A DNA stretch of 64,000 nt from Amoeboaphelidium protococcarum X5 (taxonomy: Eukaryota > Fungi > Aphelidiomycota): NCBI GenBank assembly GCA_023515725.1, contig JALDTO010000192.1, forward strand, positions 62,001 to 126,000, written 5' to 3'. A program made the translations under genes and the position numbers. Below are positions 11,996-26,097 of the stretch, in pieces; the first letter of the stretch is position 1, and every line of letters starts with the position of its first letter. The notes beneath the pieces are model-generated. The model saw only the letters and a list, made by a program, of their open reading frames with translations. It did not search any database and had not been told where the DNA came from.

Positions 11996-14578
11996 TCATG
12001 CTGCATCGTCATTATCGCCTGGTATATCCCCTTCTTCTTCGCCCGAAAGTTCTTCTTATTCATCACTCGATGAATTGTCATTCAAGATTAGTGCAACTTC
12101 ATCTTGATCAATTTTATCATCATCAATGATTGTATCTTCTTGATCAACTTTATCCTTATTTATACCAGCATTCTTCTGTCTTGTACGTCTGATGGTCGCG
12201 TCCAAGTTGATCGTACTTCCATCATCTTGTACCACCACTGTTTTGCATCTAGCCATAGAATCTTCAACATGATACTTCAACTTTTACAAGCTCATAATGC
12301 ACGCCTTTTCATGAACATCTTCCAATACAGCTTCAATATTTGTTAGCAATAGATCCAGCTAATTCCGTGGTATCTGCTTGGAAAAGTTGAACTCACAAAG
12401 CAAGTTGCACACCGAAAGCAGTACTTCTACAGAATAAGACGCAGCATCATTAATCAACCCAATACAAGAATCTACGTATATATCAACATCTGAAGCCTCG
12501 CTGTCATTGTTAACTAACTGAATCTTAGAGCAGTCTGTCCATTGAAGAAAATAGTCCCCTAAACGGCTCGTAAGGTTCTAGTCCAATGTTGACACTTTCT
12601 CGCATAGACAAGACTTGAACAACTTCAACGCGAGCCTTTGATTCTACAGACTGTATGTACAGAAGGCTTGCAAACACTCCTCCAAAAACCATCTGACGTC
12701 TTTATCAATTGGCGGGTCTATTAGTAGTGATGAAAGTAGCTACTCCAAAAGCGATTATGATAAGGACTGCACAGGATAAGACAAGGTAGCTTACAAGTTC
12801 TGAGACATTAGCAATCTGCATGATCCAATAAGGACAGTCTTTAATAATTCAGCGGCGGAGGAATTCTGAGCTTCTTATGAAAACAGCCCATACAATAAGG
12901 ATGACAAATCGTTGTACTATACTGATCCATCCTCGACGAAAAACTCGATTCCATATAGAAGTAGCAGGTCATACAATGTCGTCAAGGCAAGATTTTGAAC
13001 TGGGCCACCACTCTCTGCAACACTTTGAACAAATGGAAAATTCTACTTTGCCAACACAGGATGAAGAATACTGTACAGAGACAGACACTCGATACCAATT
13101 ATTTAAAAAGATTCCACGCCTTCACTAATACTTGGGATGACCACAGAGTCTAGATATTAAAGCAGAGATTGATAATGCTCCAGAGTCTTGTCTACAACTT
13201 TCAGAGTGGACTTGATGTAAGTGAGCAGACGTAATTATTTGGATTCCAAAACTGAACTATTACGAATATTCAAGGTGGAAAACCGTCTAGTTACCTATTC
13301 CACAGGATTCTAATTCTCCGCCTCAATCTCCAGCAGTAATTGTTCCATAAGTTGATTAGAATACGCGGCAAAGTCGGCATCATTTTGATAAATATAATGT
13401 AAAGACTTGAATACCAGCGGTAAATGTTCAACAGCGATTAGCTAAACCAAAGATTAGACTGAATTTAAAAGCTACAGTCTACTAGCTTCATCACTAAGGT
13501 CCAGATACTACAATGAAGATAACACTAATGGTAAGCTTTCATTGGACAAACCTTGACATCTCAAATCATCCAATAGGCGAGCAGCACTAGTCACTTCAAT
13601 ATCCTAAAGTAGTCCACATTCTATAACACATTACAGAATTACACCTTTAGCAATACTGAATTCAATGAATAGCGATTCAGGTTTTAACTCAAACTTATAA
13701 GCGTGTCTAAAGAACAATTCCAGGTATTCCTTTATCAAAGATTAATCTTTCAGGCTATCGTAAAAGCTTATAATATTTTCAACGGACTTGAACAAGTACT
13801 TTTAGATAAATTCTACATTTAGCAACACAAGGTTCTGATCGGTATATTAAACTCCTGCTTCCATAATCCTGATCATGTCGATAGCATTAGAAAAGATTTC
13901 ATCTTTCGTGAGAGGAGGAAGCAACTTCTTATATAGAAATTTAACAATAGATTCATCAATATCAAGCACGCGTTCAACCATAAGAGGAAGGGTAGCTTTC
14001 GATACTGTCAGATTAATCAGACAGGCTTTCCTCACATCAGCAATAGGATCATTCCGCATAACAAAGACCAACACTTCGCCAACATCATCCAACTGCTCAT
14101 CACTCTTATCCATAGTCTAGAACCTGGATAGAGCCATAATTACATTCTTGCGCACCTCAGGCTAAATATCACGGATCCTCTCGACCAAAGCACCCAGTAT
14201 AATTCCATGCAGTTCAGCGTCCAGTTCATCCAACTAACTTAAGCATTGAGCTAATAATCGAGCAGAGTTCTATCGCACATACTTGTCTTTTGAACACAAG
14301 AAGTCTTCACTAAGTAGTTGAAGCAGCCATGGGGCAAACTACTCTTGTCCAGAAAACTGTAAACTCTCCTGCATCAATAAAGAAACAAATTTAAAGCAAT
14401 TCTCCACGCATTTCTCCTTCCTCTTTACAGCCAGTAAAAGTTCAAGAATGCTTAGCAGTTGAGACTTGACATCTGTGTGTTACTATATCAACTTTTTCAC
14501 CAGACTCAAGTGCGCTTTCATATTCACTCCAGACTAAACATCTTGAAACACTTGGAATAAATCATGAACCTCAGGCAT
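11996..14578 (-). CDS. YCG1: Condensin subunit G (Ycg1/NCAPG/Cnd3)
   Basis: 860-aa HEAT-repeat protein: SKDKYVRQNSARLLAQ, ERIRDIQPEVRKNVIMALSRFQ, MRNDPIADVRKACLINL, ERVLDID. Confidence 0.8.
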
Positions 14579-14945
14579 AATGCTCTCGTTTATATACGGT
14601 AAGTACACGACAAAGAAACGCACCGCAAAAAGATATATAGTATAATATGATATACTGGTACAATGATTGTTCCAGCAACTAAGGAAGTCAAAGAAGAGGA
14701 AGAAGGAAATAACACAATTCGGTTTCAGAAAAGTTGAAACGAGAGCCTTTTCTTTTCCGACCTGTACGCGTTAGTTGTAAAGGAAACTCGCAGGTCGCTT
14801 TCTCTCTCTCTCTCTCTAGGTCTCTTTCATGGGCGACGCAGCGGTTAGGCCGTTCCGTCTGTTCTTTTGTTTCAGTTTCTGCCATTCCCTTTTTCACCGT
14901 TAGTCTTTGTTTAGCGCGTGTTATTTACTGTGTATATATCTAGTC

Positions 14946-16473
14946 ATGACAATCTCTGATATTAGTGGAGAGTGTCTGTTTAATTATATTCAAGACTTTC
15001 CTGACAGTGCGTAAGAGTTGGAAGAGTTGCGGCCAACAATCGCAAATTAGGAATAACAAGTAGCCTTGATACGATCACTGAGTGTAGAAATATATAATCG
15101 CCTTCTGCATGTGTCCGTTCCCACTGCCACTATGATTGAGCAGTATATTAATGCGATTAAATCTTTGCTCTTGCTTGATCCGACTGGTGTTATTCTGGCT
15201 CAAGTCAGTAAACCCATAAGGCGGTACCTGAGTCAAAGACCGGATACTGTATCTGAGATTATCCGCATGATCTTTGACAGTGATGATGAGTAGTTGGCGA
15301 ATGATCTGAGGCGAGATCATCTGGTTCAGTTGGAAGCTGAGTTGGAGTTGGAAGTAGATTACACGGATCCTGAGTGGTAACCATAGCCGCGACATGCCAA
15401 GTTTAAGCCCATCAAGAATGCCAGTGATGTGTTCAACTCTTTGATTAATATTTACCCGTCCACTGATGTGTTTTTAAAGGAGATTGAGAAATTCTTGGGT
15501 GATTAATTAATTCTTTCACCTCATAATAATTATGAAGTGGACTCCTAATTGTCCATTGTTGAAATGTTAAAGTTGCGATTTGGAGAGTCTGCTCTGACCA
15601 CATGTGAGATTATGCTGCGTGATGTTGGAGATTCAAGACGTATCTTTTAGAGTATATTGAATCAATAATCGCCATAATCTGAGTGTCAGTTGACAGTTCT
15701 TTTGTAATCACATTTGTACTGGCCTTCGGATATGTAGTTAGATGATGCTACGTTTCAATTACCAGGTATTATGCTTTCAACTCTGGAATAGTTCAAGTCT
15801 CACTATCAAAAGTTGAAGAATATGCGAAAAGTGGAGTTTACCCTCTCCCATGACACTCTGGACATTGATATTGAGATTGATGGCATACGCGTCTAGAAAA
15901 CAGTCTCTCCTCTACAAGCTGCTGTCATTAATTCATTTGTCTCCCAAGGTGAGATTTTATTGACTATCATTCATTCGTTATTATTGAAAGCGTTTTAATT
16001 AATTGAATACTGTAGAAAGTTGGACTGAAGATGAGTTGATGGATAGTTTAAAGTGCTCAAAAGATTCACTCCGATCTGCATTAAAATATTGGTAGACGCA
16101 GAGTTTGATAGAGTTTGATCAGACTTTGAATACATACAATCTTGTCAATAATTATGCAGCAGCAGAGGACCATGCATCAGACAGTGACGATAGCGACGAT
16201 GATGACAATTAGATATCCAGAGATAAGACTGACTAATCTTAGAAATAGGCTGATTCTGATGGAATGCAATAGTTTGATTCTTATATTATGGGAATGTTGA
16301 CTAATTTAGGCTGTATGAATGTGGATAAGATGCAAATGATGCTATCAATGTTTGTCACTACTCCTCATAAGTACGATCGGACTGTAGAATAGCTTTAGTT
16401 GCATTTGGACAAGCTGGTGGCAGAGAATAAGCTAGATTGTGGACCTGATGGATACAAACACAAAAAATAATGA
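14946..16473 (+). CDS. APC2: Anaphase-promoting complex subunit 2 (short form); intron 15949-16015
   Basis: RLLHVSVPT..IEQYINAIK...LDPTGVIL..VSKPIRRYL..RPDT, WQPQP, LKLRFGE...CEIMLRD, and YIMGMLTNLG C-terminal WHB domain. Confidence 0.9.
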
Positions 16474-16520
16474 TAATTCATGTTTAATCTAAATGTATTC
16501 AATACAAACACGTAACATTC

Positions 16521-17702
16521 TCACATTTTAATATCTCTGACAATGCTCTTTACCCGAGAGAAATAATATGGTTTAAACTAATGCAGAGAGTACTCAGTGG
16601 ATGAACTGCCTTTGACGCTATAATACTCAGACCAGCCAAGTTTGTTCCATGCACCACGATGAGTATATGAGAGATTTAAGACCATATGGAACACAGAGTC
16701 TTTTCTATGAACTGGATCTTCTAAAGAGATTTTCACTGCATAGCCTTTGTTGTTCTTATTATTATTGTTGGTGATGTTTAAATCACTATCAAGGAAATAC
16801 ATTCCTCTCATCAATCGATCTTCGCCAGACTCTTTCGCACCCAACGCATCAACCTTCTACTTACTGCGAGTTTTTTACTGTGCAAAATACTCGTCTTGAT
16901 TCATCATACTGATGACTTCCTACGGCTCCCGATTGGATAAAAGACTGATAACACTACCATCGGGATAGAATCTAAGAAATCGATAGTATACAACCAGATG
17001 ATATGGCTACGAGAATGTGTGCTCACTCAACCCTTGTCGTGCATACGTGCATCTTGATATATATACCCCGTCGTACCTGAGCCTTGGAGTGCTGAGAAAC
17101 AAATCCCGGTACAATTACGCATTTGGGAATGGAGATGCAATTGAAGGTGGTTGTGAAGAGCTTCTATGATAATAGCGACACACCTACTTCCACAGATTAT
17201 CATCACGCGTATATTTGTAAAACTGTCGACAAACTTGACCAAATCTCTCCACAGATGGAGCATCCATTTACGCTACTTGAGGCAGAATGAAACTGGTAAA
17301 TATCTCTGCAGGAAGTTGAGATATATGTGTATTGTACCGATAATTACTAGCCTTGACTATTACATTTTCAATTTTGAGGTTATGCAAATCATTCAACAGC
17401 TATTCAACATCATAATCTGATAGTTATTTATCACCCTTCTTAATACTCTACAAATTATCACTATTTTTATTCACTTGACCGCTTTTACCACCAGACTTTA
17501 ACTCGATTTGTATCAAATCTTCCACAAATTCATCCAGCTTGTAAGCCTTCCGATACAAAGTCAACGCTACAAAATGAAATCACAGAATTATTGAGACAAT
17601 GAAAATTTAATAGTCGAACATACCTTCCGTCAGTTTGCCATTTCTCTCCAGCTGAGTGGCTTCTTTATAATATTAAATAGCCTATTTCTACTCCGGTGTC
17701 AT
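16521..17702 (-). CDS. F-box protein FBXO9/Hrt3-like; intron 17567-17623
   Basis: [26 protein letters not shown]-box-like segment, [23 protein letters not shown] and C-terminal PYYFSRVKS. Confidence 0.85.
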
Positions 17703-17907
17703 ACAATGTTATTGTAGGCTGAGATTGAACAATGTTTGTGGAAAGAAAAGAAGAATGATGAAGATCATATTGACGTCATTCGCGATTTCTCTGGAATCAG
17801 AGTGAAACAACAACCAACATCCGATTCTCAAGACAAGTGTTTAACATGCAATAAATCTCAATTAAATCTCTCTTTTATATATACAACAGTATAACAGTAT
17901 AATAATT

Positions 17908-18321
17908 TCATTTTCCGTAACGAGCAAATTCCCATTCGCGATTATCCAGTGGACACACCTGGCGAGTCTTGAGCCATCTCGAGATGCAGTGAAAGTGGAA
18001 ACCGTGATTGCAGGCACCCCACACCAGAGTACACTCCTCACTAGTGGCACTGCCTTGATTAGCCTGACACTCAATACATAGATCCATGATATGATTCCTG
18101 CAGATGGCGCAATTATCAACTTGAATATCCCATGACCATAAAGCAACTGCATTCCACTTTTTCACTTCAAATCTGTTCTTACCAGCTGGAGTCTGATCAG
18201 CAGCTGCAGAAAGAGAATGTGCACCCGCCTTTACCAATGCTTAATTAGATGATGACTATGCTGCTGACAACTATTGCGAATCCTGATCCACATCCATATT
18301 ATTATTATCTCCGCTACTCAT
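17908..18321 (-). CDS. RBX1: RING-box protein 1
   Basis: [40 protein letters not shown]...[27 protein letters not shown]. Confidence 0.97.
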
Positions 18322-18572
18322 ACTAAATACTAAATGATGATGATGATAAAAACCTTATGCTGTGATGGATAGTGGACTGTAATAAGGAAAAAACTCAACG
18401 AAGTAAGTTTTTATGAAGGAAAGAATAAATTCAACTCGCCGCCGTTCCCACACGTTTCTCTCACCTTTAAAATTTCGTATAAAAAGATATTAGGAGCAAG
18501 ATTGGTATTCCGGTATTCAGACTTTGTACTTCAGTAAACTTACTTAAAGAAAACAGAGTCAGAAGAGTAATT

Positions 18573-19462
<890 letters not shown>

Positions 19463-19889
19463 AACCGTAAGGAGCAATTTGAATATTATAATAGTTGCAT
19501 TTGCTGTACATTTGCCTTTTTACTTAATTTGATTTCTATAATCTCGCATGGCAATCTTCTCATTTATATACTTAAATTACTAAACGGTAGAGGAGCTGAA
19601 TCTGCCTACAGTATACGAAGTGAGAAACACGATCGATTCGGCGCATCGCTGAAGATCATTGAGCGCCTCCAATCGAGCAAGTGTCATCAATGATCAATCA
19701 GGAGCGATCAGATCCACACAAAATATTTTAGTAATCATCATCGATGACTGATTCTATACTTTTCGCCGTGTCACTATTAAAGCTTATGCTTATAACATTT
19801 CTCTTCAGTATAAATATCAAACAGCCGCTCCTATCTCTTTCCCGCGGCGTTAAAGTTATTGCTGGAAATATTGCGCTATTTAGGACACA

Positions 19890-22361
19890 ATGTTGTCAAT
19901 CATCTATTTATTGCCTGTGCTGATATCGCTTGCAGTAGCTGAATAGATTATACTTCAAGATGCATTCGATGGATCGTTCGCTAAATCTTCTCAATGTGAT
20001 CCTATCAATCGTTCATTCGACCAACTGGACAATAACGATGGCTGTCTGTATAACATGCCTAATGATTTCTATCTGAAGACGAGCAATGACACACCGACTG
20101 GTTATATTGTGAATCTGTAGCAGAATTAAATGCCCAGTGATAGAGTTCCTTTCTGGGGTCGAGTTGATCCGACAGCTTGGAACCGCCGTGATGGTTGGTC
20201 ATCCAGTTCGTTCATAATGCTCAGTGGATTCAACAACAAGGAGAAGGTGAGCTTTGAGTATGCCGGCTTGAAAGCGGTGAAGGGGAACTAGAAGGTAGTG
20301 CCTCGATATCCAGAATATGCTTTCGCCAGTCACATGAATATTATGCGGAGTATGGAGGATGAGTCACCAACAATGTTGATCGATGCTGAGACTGGCGAAA
20401 GAATTCCACACTGGATCGAGGAAGATTACTCCACTAGCCCCCAGTCCAGGAATGGATAAGATGAATCTTTAGTATCTGGTTATGACAAGGAGGTGACTGA
20501 AGTGTTAAAGTTTGCTGAAATGAAGTTTCAAGAGGCGGAGCGATCAACAGCGTTTGAATCAGAGCTGAAGAACTTTGGGAACAAAGATCAGGTGTAGACT
20601 CTTTTGATGTGGCCGGCCAAGTTGTTGAAGCGAGGACATCGCTACATTGTGGTAATTAAAAAGCTCGTCAAGGCTGATGCGGAGACTTTGCAATTTCTCG
20701 ATGCGCCTGATGGTTTCCGCGTGGTAAGAGATGATCTGCCAACTGATAACAGTGCTTTGGAGAAGAGGAAACTGCATTTTCAATCTACGCAGCTTCTGCA
20801 AAGTCTAGTGCGATTTGGACACGTTAAGAATGTTAGTGATTTGTATATTGCCTGGGACTTTACCACTAGCTCTCTCCTGTCCACCACTGAACACCTGAGA
20901 CACATGCGAGATGATGGATATGATAAAATTGAGAATGATGTCCAATTTGATTATCATATCAAGAAAGTTCAGGACAATTTTTCTAGGTACATGCATAGGC
21001 GCGTTGAGGGGACGTTCAAAGTACCGCTCTATCTCACAACTGCAATACCTTCTATATTTGGTACTCTGCGAAGAAATGAATCAGCGTAGACGTATGTTGA
21101 TCAACTCCGACCGATAAGTAACTCTTATGTTGATGTGGATTTTGTGGCTCTCATTCCAAAATCATCTATTCGCAATCCTGGAAATGCTTCTATAATGCAC
21201 TATGGCCATGGTCTATTTGCTGATAGATATGAGATTTAATAGATGTATCTGTAGAGAATTGCTAATGAATAAAATTATGTACTGATTGCCACTGATTGGT
21301 GGGGAATGCAGAAGCAGGATTTGGTAACATTCGTTCATTTATTTCTGGGTAATCTGGGCAAGCTGGACGCTATACCTGATAGAAATAGTCAAGGTGTTCT
21401 GAATTAGCTAATGCTCACCAGACTGTTCAAGTTGTCAAATATCAGTTGTAATGATGCGTTTATGCACAATAATTAGAGCGTTATCCATCTAGATGAGCGT
21501 AATAAGCCAACATCAATTTTCTACAATGGCAACAGTCTTGGTGGGATTATGGGCACTCTTTTAATGTCCCTGTCCGCAGACTTGAAATGGGGTGTTCTCG
21601 GTGTCCCTGGTAGCCCATTTAGTATGTTATTTCCCAGAAATGCTGCTGGTTCTTAGATTCTAAGTAAAGGATTGCCGTTGCATTTCTAGAAAATGGCTGA
21701 TCGTTCAGTGTTCTACTTTCTTCTATCGTAGTTGTATGATCTGGCTGGACCATCTGGTTATGCTGACATTATAGCCTCTGGCGGCTTCTTGAGTTCTACA
21801 GGTGAAATTGTAAACGATATACCGGGCGGTTTGGGACAGAGAAAGTTGCTTTATCAGCTTGGACTTGGAGACTTGAAAGTGTCTTCCATTGCTGGTATGT
21901 AGCTGTTGAGGTATGTCAATGCATCAGTGTATCCACATGATCCATACGAGACAAGATTTAAGTTGTTCACTGGCGCAGTTGTCACTAGAGATTTTGAAGT
22001 GCATATTAATGCCACCATGATAAATCCTCTAACACTGTTGCCCTCTATTACGAAATTTACTCATGAAATGATTCCACACACTGTTGCTGCTGTTTTCCGG
22101 TATTAAAAGTTAAAAGTCACTGGGTCTTTTCACAATATACCTCCACTGTTTATTGACTAGCTCACTCCGGATCCTCATGAATTTCCCCGAAAGCATCCTC
22201 TATCGGTGCAATAGTATACGGACTTTATTCAGGTGGGCATCGATCAATCTCGCCTTGGCAAGTTTGATGATGATGCGATCTGGGTGAAGTAAGCCTGTTA
22301 GAACGGTTGCTGGAACGTGCCTTTGCCAAAAGACTAACCAGATGAATTGACTCTTTAATGA
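19890..22361 (+). CDS. Secreted bacterial-type alpha/beta-hydrolase with N-terminal Ig-like region (823 aa, intronless)
   Basis: Signal peptide MLSIIYLLPVLISLAVA; motifs WNRRDGWS, LIDAETGERIPHW, AWDFTT, YGHGLF, IATDWWGM, nucleophile elbow GNSLGG and DPHE. Confidence 0.7.
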
Positions 22362-22541
22362 TACGAATGATGAAGACAATGATATTATTAATTTATTCTC
22401 TCTATCTGTTGATCTTTTCATAGAATCGCTTATCTGTGAACCTTGTTCCCATCTTATAAAGAAAGCAAGAGTAAGTCAAATCAATACAAACAAAATAAAG
22501 AATATAAGCAAAATTACTTCAGTAAGAAATCAAGTATAAAA

Positions 22542-24267
22542 TCAACCAATATTCGTGCAAAAGTCAGCATAGTCGCGGCCTTTAGTGTTGAGCAGATTTT
22601 CGGCAGTTACAACTTTAGAGCTCTTGTACCCGCTAGCAATCTTGGCCTCAATCTCAACCTTGGAATCTTCTGGGATCATCGACTCTGGAATCTCAACACG
22701 TTCGCGGACTTCAATTCCAGATTTTACGAGAGCATCATACTTGTGATGAGACATACTCAGAAAACGATCAATCTTTGTAATACCCAGCCAGTGCAAAACA
22801 TCAGGCATCAGGGCCTGGAAACGCATATCTTAAACACCGGCAATAAACTCAGTTCTCTTAAAGTATGAACTCGCGGTGTCACCCTCCTCAGCTCTCTTTC
22901 GCGCATTATACACCAAATACTTGGTAACTTCACCCAAAGCACGGCCCTCCTTTCTGAAATAAACAATAAGACCGACTCCTCCCTCCTGAGCCGTCTTTAC
23001 ACACTCTTCAATACCGAACATCAAGTACGGGCGGCATGTGCAAATATCAGAGCCAAACACATCAGATCCATTGCATTCGTCATGAACTCTCACCGACAAC
23101 TTCTTGGTTGGATCAGACAAGTATTGCAGAGGACCGAAGCAATAAATGGAAAGACCACCAATAGGAGGCAAAAACACTTTCAGATCTGGACGAGTGATCA
23201 ACTCTGGATACATTCCACCAGTATCCTCAAACAGGCACCTTCTCAGCACAGTCTCATCTACACCAAAGCGAGAGGCAACACCAGGCAGGTACCAAACCGG
23301 CTCCACGGCGCCCTTGGTGACATTTAATTCGCCATTTGGCAACACAATAGTCCCATCAACTTTCAGTGTTCCATTCTTGACAGACTGCTCAATCTCAGGC
23401 ACCTTCATGTGAGCCTTGGTAATAGCAATAGTCGGTCTAATATCTATACCTTGCTTCAAATGATCTGCATACACCTTCACCACAATATGTCCAAAAGGGT
23501 CTAGAGCGACAATCTTATCCGGGACACCCCAAGACGGATAAGGGCCAATATCGATGAAAGGAAGAGTGTTGTGAAAGTCTGGCTTATGGTTAGGACTCAA
23601 TTCACCAATTGCAATAGCCAAAGCACGATAAATGGAGTAACTTCCGCCCAATGCACCGATAGCATTTCTGTACTTTAAAGACTGTGGAGTTCTGCTACAG
23701 AGAACAGGTCCACGAATCTTTGGATCAATATTACCCCATTGTAAAGGCAGAGGATTCATGCCCAGCTGACCAGGATAAGTGGTCAAGATAATACGATGGT
23801 TGTACATTTGAGCATTTAAATTCTTCTTGCTGCCTGGTGACTTGACATTGGACGCTCCAGCAACACTTGAAGAAGCGGTAGACTCTGCGGCAGAAGATCT
23901 TACGGAAAGCGTAGACTGAGCCCGTGCACGATCCTATTCAACCTAATCATCGTCATCACTATCAACATTGGCAGGAGTAGAAGAATGACCATCGTACGCA
24001 AACACTTTATACTTCTCCTTCTTTACTTCAGCCACTCCGGCAACCGCCAGCTCTTCAATCTTATTCGTCATATGCAGAAGCTACTTGGCAAAATCCTTAT
24101 CCAATCTATCCACCTACACTATTTTAACACTATATAAAAGTACAGATTTGAAAGTTGACGTATCAATGAGAGAGAGAATGGATTACCTTATCGACAAGTT
24201 TGAGCTGCTACTATTGCATTGAAACAATAGCATCCAGAATCTACTTGGTCTGATCTGAAGAGCTCAT
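22542..24267 (-). CDS. URC1: GTP cyclohydrolase II-like uracil catabolism protein 1 (Urg1); intron 24114-24186
   Basis: RNAIGALGGSYSIYRALA, GMYPELITRPDLKVFLPPIGG, VRVHDECNGSDVFGSDICTCRPYL, RKEGRALGEVTKYLVYNARKR, AGV(Q=TAA)DMRFQ. Confidence 0.95.
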
Positions 24268-24634
24268 CTCTAGTTTACTATCAACGAGGTACGTATACAA
24301 AAGATAATTATCTATCTATTCAATACACAGACACTAAAGTAAGGACGATGAAGAGACTTTTTATTGTTGAGTCAACGAGATTGAAAGATAGAGAGAGAAA
24401 ACTGGCTCGGCGCAGACAGCGCGGTGGGAACGTGAAAGTGTTTCAGCCGAGCGAGAACATCTTACGCCCCAGTGAAACGCTTTACACCACAAGACGCGGG
24501 GATTACTACACTTATACGGTACATCACTGATGCTTTGAAAGTAAGATGGCTCGAAAGAAAAGACTAGAAGTTGTTGTTAAATTAAATGCCATCTTGATTA
24601 CTTTCAGAATTCACAGCATATAAAGCATAATGAT

Positions 24635-25817
24635 TCACTTTTTCATCTCCTTGTACCTGACGTATGAGTACAAACCAGAGCCGAATAAGGAGAGGAAAAT
24701 GCCAAACGCGTTCGTTGCCGTGATTTCATTCTACCAGATGGCCCAAGCGAGCAGAGTCTGAACGCAAGCTTTAGCAGTACCGGATATGGTATTAGTTAGC
24801 GGTGTGGTGACTTTTATCTGCAGAAACACGGCGATATTGATCAGGAAACCAGTGACACCAGTGATTGTCATCACGAACCAAAACATAAACTCATTCAGAA
24901 AATTGACACTCGTCATCACTTCCGACAACTCGCCAGATAGCACAATGATTGGGAATAGAACCACGATAGCATTAGTGGTGTTGTAATGCAAAAGTCTCCA
25001 CTAGTCATTATCTACATAGTTGAGAGTCTTCTTCACATAGATTCCGTACAGAGCCACGAAGAAGCTACTTCCAACACCAAAGATCAGGCCCAGCCAAGAG
25101 AAATTGATCTCGCCCACCGAGCCGAGCAGAAAACCGAGAAACACAACGAGACAAGAGACCAGCGCTGCATATGAAATACTCTGCTTGAGCATAAAGTATG
25201 TGAGACCAATATTAAATAGAATAGTCAGCGATCTTGCAATCTACACTTTGATGAATATGGAAATAAAATCTCATTGTAAAACTAGGAATTAAATAATCTT
25301 ACCTGATAAAAAGTGACGTGAACATAGTTGAGACAAAGATTGTTGAGGGCCAGCATCAACACGTAGACGATGGTTAAAGGCAAAATCTTTTTGGCCAGAG
25401 TGAGATCAAACTCATATGGCGGCACCACTGACAGCGATTTAACACCTCTACATGTTGGCAATAATATAAAGTCATAAAGTTACTCTCAAAATGAAAATTA
25501 ATCGCAAATTACCTCTATCCCAAGTAACCACAGGCCACGAGCAATACCAACGCAACAATCAACTAGTACCAAGTGACAAGTAGCGGGTAAGGAAATTTGT
25601 ACTCTGACGACGAGAAGATGTACTTGTTCAAGAACACTACAGATAGAGAGACGGCCCAATAGAATGCAACCACAGATAGAATGAGCATCTCAGAGTGCTT
25701 CTACTATCCAGCCTTGTTCTTTTTAGGAGTGGAATCTCTGTCCAGAGCATTAGCTTTCTAATCTATCAGCAGAATGACATCGTCCTCCTTCTCGATCTCA
25801 TTTTTATCACGCGACAT
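24635..25817 (-). CDS. GDP-fucose transporter (SLC35C1-like); introns 25448-25512 and 25241-25302
   Basis: YWAVSLSVVFLNKY, PLLVTWYQ, NNLCLNYVHVTFYQIARSLTILFN, QIKVTTPLTNTISGTAKACVQT. Confidence 0.88.
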
Positions 25818-26097
25818 GATATTCTACCTATCTCTCACTGTATAAGTCTGGAGAAGTTCAATTCAATTTGAGCAATTTCAACGGGCGCTGCAAAGCACTG
25901 AAGCTCAATAGAAATTTCTGTTAGTCGCCGCGTCTGTTTCAACAAAAAGAGAGAGAGAGAGACAGCGACGGGCTGAGTCGCGTTATAATCCCAGTGGTTT
26001 TAAGCAAATCTAGTACAGGGGACGGAAGAGAATAAATGTATGCCGAATGATATATATGGTTAATATTTCATATTCAAAAGAGTCTACATAAAATCAA

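Noticed and set aside
14946-18321. APC2-FBXO9-RBX1 adjacency (and RPA12-RPC25) as functional clusters
   Set aside because: They belong to different complexes, and adjacency is plausible by chance in a compact genome.
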